This document shows positions 39,157 through 47,150 of a stretch of DNA of 55,336 nucleotides, piece after piece (position 1 is the stretch's first letter; each line of letters opens with the position of its first letter). The DNA lies in the NCBI GenBank assembly GCA_050248855.1, contig JBFWRP010000030.1:1-55336 (forward strand). The letters are read 5' to 3'. Made by a program: the position numbers and the translations under genes. The stretch comes from Planctomycetota bacterium. GTDB taxonomy: Bacteria > Planctomycetota > PLA2 > JAEUHO01. The notes beneath the pieces are model-generated. The model was not told where the DNA came from and made no database searches. It was given only the letters and a program-made list of their open reading frames with translations.

Positions 39157-39279
39157 CGATCATGCGTCCGGTGTCGACGGCCGGGGAGCACGACGTCGAC
39201 AGGCGGGCGCGGCCGCCTGGCCGTCCCCGCTATCTTGGCAGCATGCCGCAACGCCTTGCACGCTCTCGCCACGCTGCCC

Positions 39280-39415
39280 ACGTGGACGAGGCTCTCCGCG
39301 ACGGCTTGGCCTGGCTTGCCACGCACTGGCGCGTCGACGTCAACCGGCAGCACCCACGCACCTGGCGCGACGCTCGACACCTGCTTCGCGTTCCTCTTCC
39401 TGAAGCGGGCCGGCA
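39280..39415 (+). pseudogene. Remnant of a prenyltransferase/squalene-oxidase-repeat protein
   Basis: VDEALRDGLAWLATHWRVDVN in one frame is followed closely by DTCFAFLFLKRA in another frame. Confidence 0.5.
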
Positions 39416-39514
39416 GGGGCGCCCTGCTGTTCCCCTCGTTCAGCGAGCCCGTGCAGCGCGTCGCCGCGAAGCAGGGCCGCTCGCGTTGACGTCCGAGCTT
39501 CGGCCTACCGAGCG

Positions 39515-39808
39515 CGCCGGGATTCCGGCGTGGGGTCGGCGGCATCCCCACAGGCCGGCCGCGGCGGTGTCCCGCCGGAGGGCATGCGCCGGCGGTATCC
39601 CGCCGTCTGACAAGGTGGCAGGGTGGCGTTGGTCCTCTGCCTCGCTCACGAGATGGCCGTCAGTCGCTGGAGACGTGTTCGGAAGCCTGATTACAGGGCT
39701 TTCTGCGACGCCGGAATTCCGGCGTGGAGGCGGCGGTGTACCGCCGGGCCGTGACGCGGCGGCATGCCGCCGGTCTGGGACGCAAGGCGGCGGCGGTATG
39801 CCGCCGCC
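39515..39808. repeat. Duplicated cluster of short GC palindromes (module E)
   Basis: CGCCGGRATTCCGGCG at 39515 and 39709; CGGCGG-N4-CCGCCG at 39562, 39590, 39731, 39757 and 39791. Confidence 0.75.
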
Positions 39809-39877
39809 ACCGTGACATGATGGCCGACCTGCTGCGCCGGAGGCGACATGGAGAGATGCACCGGAACGCGCCCTGCG

Positions 39878-42001
39878 ATGGGGGCGGTGCGTCGGGACTT
39901 GCGCGTCGCGTGTGACCGCGGGTCGATCGCGAGTGTCGTGCTCGTGGCGCTGGTGTCGATTCTCGCGGCGTGCGGAGGACCGCAGGGGTCCGCCGCGGCC
40001 GAGCTGCAGCTGCCTGTCGTTGGCACGGTTGGCCGCGCACCGGAGGGCGAGTCCGTCATCCGCGTCGTGGTGGACGCCGATGGCCGCATCTCCGTGGACG
40101 GAGAGGGTCCGCTCAGCTTGGCGGCTCTCGGGTCCGTACTGGAGCGGCACACGCGCGACCTCCGCTGGCACGCAGACGATGCCACCAGCCGTCGCCTCCT
40201 GTTGATCGATGCCGACGCACGCGTGCCCTGGGTCGTGCCGTACTGGGTGATCTGCGTAGGCGTCCAGTCGCGGGCACCCTTGTGGCGCTGCTTCTTCGGG
40301 GCTCGGGCGCGAGGCACGAACGCCGCAGAACCGGGCACGCGCGGGGCGCTTGCCTGCTATCTGAACGGGGACCAGCGCGTCGAGTACCCCGACGTGGGGC
40401 CCGAAAGCCCCCGCCTCGAAGTCCTCCTGGGCACTCATGAGGGGGAGGCCGCGGATCCGGAGGGGATCTTGCCTGCGTTGCGCGCGCGCATGGCCGAGGC
40501 GCCCGATCTGGAGGCTTGGCTCGAGCTCAAGCTCCTTCACCTCGGCGGGCAGTGGATCCGAACAGGCTTTGTCGTGCAGTTGCTCGCCCTGGCCCTGGCG
40601 GAGGGCGTCAAGCACGTGGAGCTCTCGGCGCCGCATCTCCCCTCGGTCGGCGGGAAGGACTACCCCGGACAGCCCGCCTTCGACCCGGCCGACGTAGACG
40701 CCCTACTGGCGTATGTCGCCAAGCTCAAGACCAGCACGCGCCAGCCCACGCTCGGGATCGTCGACGTGCTCGCGTCCGCCCTCCACCACAGCCCGAAGCC
40801 ACCGCCTGCGCGCGGGCGGCTCGACGTGCTCTTCGGTGCGGGGCTCTTGCCCGGCGAGACCGAGCCTCGGCCCCGATCCGTCGAGGGACTTCCGCAGCGG
40901 ACTGACCCTGGGGATGCAGCCTTCGGAACCGAGGAGGTCCTCCAAGCGGATGTCGAGGACATCGCGGAGCAGGAGCTCGCCGCCGAGGTGCCGGTCGAGC
41001 GCGACGACGTACAGAGCGCATCGGACGTCCACGGCATCTACCGGCATGTACAACGGCGCCGCCGGAGCGACCACGCGGTCGACGTGGCTCTCGGCTGGCT
41101 GGAGTCCCATCAGCTTCCGAGTGGCGGCTGGGCGTCCCAGGCAGTTCCTGCCGGTGACGTGCGCAGCACGGGCTGGGCGCTGCTGGCCTTCCTGTCGGCC
41201 GGATACACGGATCGCGCCAAGCACCGTTTCGCCGACGTCGTGCGCCGCGGCTTCGCCTGGCTCGAGGAGCGTCGAGCGTCCGACGGCTTTCTCGGCGACC
41301 GCCGTGCGCAGGACGCCCTGCTCGGCCACGCAGCCGCCACGTTGGCCTGCGTCCAGCTGCAGAGATTCACGGGCCGCCTTCGCTACCACTCCCTGACGGA
41401 GCGCACCCTGACGCAGACCTTGAGCTGGCACGAGAGTGCCGCTGCGCGGACCGCCGGCTTCGACACGACCTTGCACATGGCGCTCCCCGTGATCGCTGCG
41501 TGGTGGGCCACTCGGGAGGCAACCGAGCAGGGCCTCCCCGAACCGCTCGTGCCGATCGCGCGCATCGAGTCCGTGCTGCAGGGGCTGCCCGATCGCCTGA
41601 GGGCACCCTCCAACGAAGCGCAGATCGCGGCACGCGCTTGGCTACTCGGCATCCTTGACGACCCCGTGCATGCCGAGGAGCTTGCACTCCTGCGGGCGAG
41701 CCTCGTTCGACGAGTGCCCAGCTGGGATGTGCCCGCGTCGGGGACCGATCCGGCTCTCTGGTGGTTCGGTTCGCTGGCCCTGTTCCAGGCCGCGGACACG
41801 TCCTGGGATGTGTTCAAGGAGCGCATGCACGCACGCGGTCTGGCCAGCCAAGCAGGCGGGGTCGATCTGACGGCGCTGTCCGGATCGTGGGCGCCCGCCG
41901 ACGACGCCGCCCACGGCTTCGATCGCACGCAGACCACCGCGCTCATGGCGTTTGCCTACGCCCTCCTGTTTCGCTGCGACCGTGTGTTTGGGAGCGAGTA
42001 G
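39878..42001 (+). CDS. Lipoprotein: ExbD/TolR-like domain plus prenyltransferase-like (QW) helical repeats, paralog 1
   Basis: Lipobox ILAAC; LP...IRVVVDADGRISVDG..LSL..L...LIDADARVPW; ALGWLESHQLPSGGW, TGWALLAFL and GSW. Confidence 0.75.
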   Translation: MGAVRRDLRVACDRGSIASVVLVALVSILAACGGPQGSAAAELQLPVVGTVGRAPEGESVIRVVVDADGRISVDGEGPLSLAALGSVLERHTRDLRWHADDATSRRLLLIDADARVPWVVPYWVICVGVQSRAPLWRCFFGARARGTNAAEPGTRGALACYLNGDQRVEYPDVGPESPRLEVLLGTHEGEAADPEGILPALRARMAEAPDLEAWLELKLLHLGGQWIRTGFVVQLLALALAEGVKHVELSAPHLPSVGGKDYPGQPAFDPADVDALLAYVAKLKTSTRQPTLGIVDVLASALHHSPKPPPARGRLDVLFGAGLLPGETEPRPRSVEGLPQRTDPGDAAFGTEEVLQADVEDIAEQELAAEVPVERDDVQSASDVHGIYRHVQRRRRSDHAVDVALGWLESHQLPSGGWASQAVPAGDVRSTGWALLAFLSAGYTDRAKHRFADVVRRGFAWLEERRASDGFLGDRRAQDALLGHAAATLACVQLQRFTGRLRYHSLTERTLTQTLSWHESAAARTAGFDTTLHMALPVIAAWWATREATEQGLPEPLVPIARIESVLQGLPDRLRAPSNEAQIAARAWLLGILDDPVHAEELALLRASLVRRVPSWDVPASGTDPALWWFGSLALFQAADTSWDVFKERMHARGLASQAGGVDLTALSGSWAPADDAAHGFDRTQTTALMAFAYALLFRCDRVFGSE

Positions 42002-42035
42002 CGGGATGGGCGCGACGTGCAGCAACACGCTACGC

Positions 42036-44171
42036 ATGCGCGGGAATAGCTCGGGATGCAGGCGCCCCGCCATCCACCGTGTGCTGTGGATGGCACTGGT
42101 CCTCCCGCTGGGCGGCTGCGGACCCTCCGACGATCCGCCTGCATCGGCTCCCCTGGCTGAACCGACCGAGACCGTTGGAGAGGTTCCTGCCGCCGAGCTG
42201 CGGCTGCCGATCGTCGGGACGGCCGGGCGGGCGCCCGAGGGCCCCTCCGTGATCCACGTGATGGTGGACGCCGATGGCCGCATCGAGGTGGACGGCGAGG
42301 GCCCCTTGAGCCTCGAGGCGCTGCGCCAAGCGCTCTACGACCGCACGCGCGATCGATGGTGGCGCGAGGACGATGGCACGAGCCGCCGCTTGGTCCTGAT
42401 CGATGCCGATGCACGCGTGCCCTGGGTGGTGCCCTGGTGGGTGATGCAGGCGGGCACGATGCCGAGCACGCGGCTTCGGCGCTGCTTCCTCGGCGTGTGG
42501 TGCCGCGAGGCGGGCGGAGGTGCGGGCTTGAAGCGCGGCGCCATCGCCTGCTTCCTCCCCAAGAGTCCGTACATCCTCTATGCCAACCGCCAGCAGCCTT
42601 CGCCGCGCTTGGTGGTGCAGATGGCCATGCATGACGGTGCGGCCTCGGATCCGGGCGAGATCCTCCCCGCACTTCGGGCCTGCATCGCCGAAGCGCCGGA
42701 GGTGGCCGCGTGGTTCACGCTGGCCGCCGACGAGGGCCTCGGGGCGGCCGCACCGACGAGCTTCGTTGCGCAGGTCCTGGACCTCGCCCTGGCGGCAGGT
42801 GCCAAGGAACTGCTGCTCCAGGGGCCGGGCTACCCCTCGCCTGGGGGGCCCCGCGAGGTGGGGCGACCCGTGTTCGACCCCGGCGATGTCGATGCGTTGC
42901 TCCGGTACGTGGCCGAGCTGAAGGCGCTGGATGCCCAACCGCGGCTGATGGCGCCCGGCGCTCCGGACGCGGTTGCCCGCGGGGACACGAGTCATCCCGC
43001 GGGGCGGGGACGTCTCCCGGTGCTCTACGGTGGAGGCCTCCTGCCCGACGAGAGCGAGCCGCTCGCTCGTGGTGGCGACGAGGAGGACACGAGCGCGTAC
43101 CAAGCCAACGGCGGGGCAGAGCTCATGGCGCTCGCGGATGTCTTCGATCCCGGGCTGCGCCCCGAGCGCGACGTCGATGGGCTCCTGCCCCAGCCCGTCC
43201 CGCCGGGCATCCAGAGACGTCGTGGCCTCCGCGGCGAGGACACCGAGGACGCGTTCCTCCTGGCGCTGCGCTGGTTGGCGGCGCAGCAGCTGCCTGGTGG
43301 CGCCTGGGCCTCCGATGCGGCGCCGGCCGGCGACGTGCGCAGCAGCGGCTTGGCCTTGCTCGCCTACACCGCGGGTGGGTACGGGCCGCGCGGGGACCAC
43401 GAGTACGCGGACATCGTGCGCCGCGGGATTGCTTGGCTCGCGTCGCGACAAGATGGTGCAGGCTTCGTGACGGACGGCGACGCCCCGGACCCGCATCGAG
43501 GACACGCCGCCGCGACCCTCGCGCTGGTCGAGGCCTACCGTCTGGCACCGAGTCGTCGCCTCCAACCCGTCGTGCAGGCCGCGTTGCACGCAGCCCTCGA
43601 CCAGCTTCAGCGGGCGGACGCGAACCCGGCGGATCACGACACGACGCTGGACATGGCCCTCCCTCTCGTGGGGGCTTGGATCGCGAACGAGCGCGCGCGA
43701 CGCAACGGATCCGCCGCGGCGTTCGAGCCCGCGTCGCGCATCGAGGCCGTCGTGCGTCAGATGCCCGGGCGCCTCGGCGTTCCGAAGGATGATGCGCAGA
43801 CCGCGGCCCGCGCTTGGCTGCTCGGTCTGTTGGCCGATCCTGGGCATGCGGACGAGCTCGAGGTGCTTCGCACGCGCCTCGCCGACCAGGCGGCCCTGTG
43901 GCAGGTTCCGGCGGCTGGAACCGATCCCGCCGTGTGGTGGTTTGCCGCGCTGGCGCTTCACCAAGGCGACACGCAGACCGCGGTCGCCTTTCGCCAGCAC
44001 ATGCATCCGCGCGGGGTGCAGAGCCAGATCGCGGGGCGCGATGCCACCGCAAGGGCTGGTTCGTGGGACCCTCCATCCGGCGGCGCGCCGGACCGCGTGC
44101 AGACGACCGCGCTCATGGCCCTGGCCTACGCGGTCGCGTATCGCCATGAGCACGCTTTCGGGTTGCGGTAG
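42036..44171 (+). CDS. Lipoprotein: ExbD/TolR-like domain plus prenyltransferase-like repeats, paralog 2
   Basis: Lipobox LGGC; collinear with paralog 1; ALRWLAAQQLPGGAW, GIAWLASRQDGAG and GSWDP. Start approximate. Confidence 0.75.
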   Translation: MRGNSSGCRRPAIHRVLWMALVLPLGGCGPSDDPPASAPLAEPTETVGEVPAAELRLPIVGTAGRAPEGPSVIHVMVDADGRIEVDGEGPLSLEALRQALYDRTRDRWWREDDGTSRRLVLIDADARVPWVVPWWVMQAGTMPSTRLRRCFLGVWCREAGGGAGLKRGAIACFLPKSPYILYANRQQPSPRLVVQMAMHDGAASDPGEILPALRACIAEAPEVAAWFTLAADEGLGAAAPTSFVAQVLDLALAAGAKELLLQGPGYPSPGGPREVGRPVFDPGDVDALLRYVAELKALDAQPRLMAPGAPDAVARGDTSHPAGRGRLPVLYGGGLLPDESEPLARGGDEEDTSAYQANGGAELMALADVFDPGLRPERDVDGLLPQPVPPGIQRRRGLRGEDTEDAFLLALRWLAAQQLPGGAWASDAAPAGDVRSSGLALLAYTAGGYGPRGDHEYADIVRRGIAWLASRQDGAGFVTDGDAPDPHRGHAAATLALVEAYRLAPSRRLQPVVQAALHAALDQLQRADANPADHDTTLDMALPLVGAWIANERARRNGSAAAFEPASRIEAVVRQMPGRLGVPKDDAQTAARAWLLGLLADPGHADELEVLRTRLADQAALWQVPAAGTDPAVWWFAALALHQGDTQTAVAFRQHMHPRGVQSQIAGRDATARAGSWDPPSGGAPDRVQTTALMALAYAVAYRHEHAFGLR

Positions 44172-44228
44172 GCACGCGTCAGAAGGAACGGGCGACCTCG
44201 CGGGATGCCGTTCGAGGCGATGTCGCGT

Positions 44229-44567
44229 TCAGGGGGTGGGCGGCGGGCCGTCGTCGGGACGCTTCTGCACGTAGTGGTGGAGGAGCAGGCGGCCCACGAT
44301 GTACATCGTTCCGCCCAGGCCGAGGCATAGGCCAGCGACGACATTGCCGTTGCGGTCCTGACCCACGACCATGCCGGCGACGACCAGCGCGATCGCGGCC
44401 AGCCACCACAAACCGCTCAGGTCCTGGGCCGCCTCGCGACCCACGCGCTCGGCCTCCTCGATGTCCTGGCCTCGCTCGAGCGCCGCCTGCTCGGCCAGCA
44501 GCTGGCGCAGTCCCTTGTGCTGGTCCGCCGGATCCAGGTCGATGGGGGGCGCGTCGGGATCCGTCAT
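44229..44567 (-). CDS. Small two-TM membrane protein
   Basis: Two TM segments; YIVGRLLL shared with the upstream neighbour; ATGA overlap. Confidence 0.7.
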   Translation of the reverse strand: MTDPDAPPIDLDPADQHKGLRQLLAEQAALERGQDIEEAERVGREAAQDLSGLWWLAAIALVVAGMVVGQDRNGNVVAGLCLGLGGTMYIVGRLLLHHYVQKRPDDGPPPTP

Positions 44568-45034
44568 GCCGGATACTCCGCGTCGTGGTCCGCCACGCTC
44601 TCGGGCTCGCCCCCCTCCGCATGCCCAGGGTCGCGCATGTGGTCGGGTGCGGTGGCCGCCAGGGCGTGCACTGCGTCGGCTGCGGCGCGGGCGCGGACGG
44701 CTTGCAGCCGATGGTAGCGATCGAGCAAGAGTCGACCGACGAGGTAGAACGTGGCGACTTGCACCGCAACCCCACTCACCATGGACAGGAACGCACTTTC
44801 GCCGTAGCGCAGCACGAGATAGCCAATCACGACGACGGCGACCGCGACGGCGTAGCCGAGCCAGCTTGCGCCCGCTCCGAAGCGGCGACCGACCGTCTGG
44901 GCGAGTCGGGCGTCCGCGCCCGCGTCGAGGGCTGCCCCTTCGGCCACGAGCCGTTGCACGGGCTGGCGGTCGTTGGCACGCACGCCAAGCCGGCGCTCGT
45001 GACCACGATGGCTCGACGCGTGACCCGTCGGCAT
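44564..45034 (-). CDS. Small two-TM membrane protein, paralog of 44229-44567
   Basis: Purine-rich RBS; QRLVAEGAALD and YLVGRLLL similar to QLLAEQAALE and YIVGRLLL. Confidence 0.65.
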   Translation of the reverse strand: MPTGHASSHRGHERRLGVRANDRQPVQRLVAEGAALDAGADARLAQTVGRRFGAGASWLGYAVAVAVVVIGYLVLRYGESAFLSMVSGVAVQVATFYLVGRLLLDRYHRLQAVRARAAADAVHALAATAPDHMRDPGHAEGGEPESVADHDAEYPA

Positions 45035-45060
45035 GGCTTGTTCCCCTCTCCCTACCGCGA

Positions 45061-45699
45061 TCAGCCGAAGTAGCCCTCGAGCTCGCCGAGGTGGTCGAAG
45101 TACCAAGCGGTGCGGTGCTGGAAGGTGCGCACGCGCTTGGCGTCGATGTGTTCTTGCCACGTCACCTGGCCTTGGGGATCGCGCGTGACGATCGTGTAGC
45201 CACCCTCGCCGTCGGGGTGCGCGGTGATCGCGCTGTCGCCGTGGAAGCCCCAGTAGGGATCGCGCTCGTCGGTGAGGTACAGCTCCCAGCGCGAGAGGTA
45301 GATCATGTCGACGTTGACGGCGCGGCCGAAGAAGAGGGGCCCGCCGAACCAGATCGTGACGCGGGCGCGGCCTTGGCCGGTCATGCGCACGCCGCTGACG
45401 CTGGCGCCCTGCAGGTACTTCTCGGCCTCCCGGATCTGGGGGTTGCGCTGCTGGACGAGGCGGTAGTGCGTGTAGTCGGCGAGGTCGATCGTGCGGCCCA
45501 TGCGCCGGTTGAGGCGGGCCTTGAAGCCGGGGCTCAGGACGGACCACTCGCTGCGGCGGTTGCCCGTACGCACGGCATCCTGCAGCTGGCGCAGCGTGTG
45601 GACGGGCTGGGGCTGGGGCGGCGCGCGGCGCGTGCCGCGTCCGGCGGCGCAGCCGAACACCGTGACGAAGGCCAGCAAGACGGCGGTGGGTGTGCGCAT
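45061..45699 (-). CDS. Hypothetical lipoprotein
   Basis: GGAGGA RBS; lipobox VFGC; strong codon bias. Confidence 0.8.
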   Translation of the reverse strand: MRTPTAVLLAFVTVFGCAAGRGTRRAPPQPQPVHTLRQLQDAVRTGNRRSEWSVLSPGFKARLNRRMGRTIDLADYTHYRLVQQRNPQIREAEKYLQGASVSGVRMTGQGRARVTIWFGGPLFFGRAVNVDMIYLSRWELYLTDERDPYWGFHGDSAITAHPDGEGGYTIVTRDPQGQVTWQEHIDAKRVRTFQHRTAWYFDHLGELEGYFG

Positions 45700-45781
45700 C
45701 GGTCCTCCGGTCGCGGGTCCGCACCGCGGGGTCCCCATCATGCAGGCGTGGGGGGCCGCTGCCGCGCTACCCTCGTCGGGC

Positions 45782-47086
45782 GTGCGCAGTGTCCTGCTCT
45801 TCCTGGCCGGAACCGCCTTGGGCGTGGGCCTGATGGCCCTCCTGCGCATGGCAGACGCGCCGTCGGGCGCCGTCCCCGACCTGATCACGCCGTCCGAGCG
45901 CGAAGCCTTGGAGGCGCGCATCGCTGCCCTCGTGGCCGAGGTCGATGACTTGCGCGGTGGACCGGGCCTCGTGGGGGCGGCCTCGGGCGACCCTCGCCCC
46001 GTGGGCGACGGCGGCGCTTCCCCGACCTCGCCGGCCACGCGCGAGGACGCGGAGGCCGCTGTCGACGAGGCGATCGACACTCTCGTCACGGGGCGCCTCG
46101 ACGATGTCGAGGTGGTGGCGCGTTTCAACAGGGGCTTCGACCGGCTGCAGCATCTGGGGCCCGTCGCCATCGAGGCCCTGCGCGCGCGCGTCGTGGACGG
46201 GTCACGCGATGCCGCCGAGCGGGCCCGGGCTTTGGATCTCCTGCGGGCGCTAGATGCGCCGCGGGCAGCGCTGCTGGCCGCGGGCCTGCTGGACCTGGCG
46301 CCTACCGACGCGACGCTTCTTGCCTCGGTGCTCGCGGCGCTTGACGCGCCCCTGCAGGAGGCCCAGGCCGCGACGGTGCGCGAGCTCGCGCTCTGGCGCA
46401 GCGACGACCCGGACCTGCAGCTGGTCGCCGCGCGCGCCTGGGTACGCGGCGGGTCGGCCGAGGCCGTCGAGCAGGTCAGGACCTGGCTCGAAGGCTCCCC
46501 GGGACAACGCTCGCTCGCCGCGGCCCTCCTCGCGGATCTCCCCACGCGCACGCCGGAAGCCCGCGCCTTGGCCTCGCGCGCGCTGTTCGAGGAGGGCTTG
46601 CTCGACCGCGCCGCGCAAGCGCGCCTGATGGCGGCGCTGGCCGCGCAGCAGGGGCCTGCGTGGTCCGCGGCGCAGCTGGTGGGTCCGCCCGACACGGCGC
46701 TCGACGGCGACCATCGCTCGGCGTGGGCGAGCAAGCGCCCCGAGATGGGGCGCGTGGAGCTGGAGCTTGCGTTCGAGGCCGCCGTGCGGCCCGAGGCCGT
46801 GCGCATCCACGAGACCTACAACCCGGGCGCCGTGACCGAGGTCCAGGTGCCCGATGGCCGCGGGGGCTGGGTCTCGATCTGGTCGGGGACTGCGGAGCCG
46901 GGGCACGCGCCGCGCTGGTTCGAGCCGGCGATCGGAGATGCCGGGACGGCCGTCCGCCGCTTGCGCCTCGTGCTCGACACGGACCGCGTCAGCGGTTGGA
47001 ACGAGATCGACGCCGTCGAGCTGGTGGGCGACGGGCGGCGCCAGTGGGTGGCGGAGGCCTGGGCCAGCAGCTCGTACGCGGACTGA
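45782..47086 (+). CDS. Membrane-anchored helical protein with a C-terminal galactose-binding-like (discoidin/pappalysin-like) domain
   Basis: N-terminal TM helix; WSA.Q..GPPD, AWAS, HETYNPGAV and WNEIDAVEL. Confidence 0.75.
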   Translation: MRSVLLFLAGTALGVGLMALLRMADAPSGAVPDLITPSEREALEARIAALVAEVDDLRGGPGLVGAASGDPRPVGDGGASPTSPATREDAEAAVDEAIDTLVTGRLDDVEVVARFNRGFDRLQHLGPVAIEALRARVVDGSRDAAERARALDLLRALDAPRAALLAAGLLDLAPTDATLLASVLAALDAPLQEAQAATVRELALWRSDDPDLQLVAARAWVRGGSAEAVEQVRTWLEGSPGQRSLAAALLADLPTRTPEARALASRALFEEGLLDRAAQARLMAALAAQQGPAWSAAQLVGPPDTALDGDHRSAWASKRPEMGRVELELAFEAAVRPEAVRIHETYNPGAVTEVQVPDGRGGWVSIWSGTAEPGHAPRWFEPAIGDAGTAVRRLRLVLDTDRVSGWNEIDAVELVGDGRRQWVAEAWASSSYAD

Positions 47087-47150
47087 GGCAGCGGCGCCCC
47101 GCTCCGGGGTAGGCTCACGGCGGGCCTACGCAGACGGGGAGGGGTACCTC

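Noticed and set aside
36815..44171. Integrative island at tRNA-Cys
   Set aside because: No integrase, and I found no duplicated tRNA 3' end downstream.
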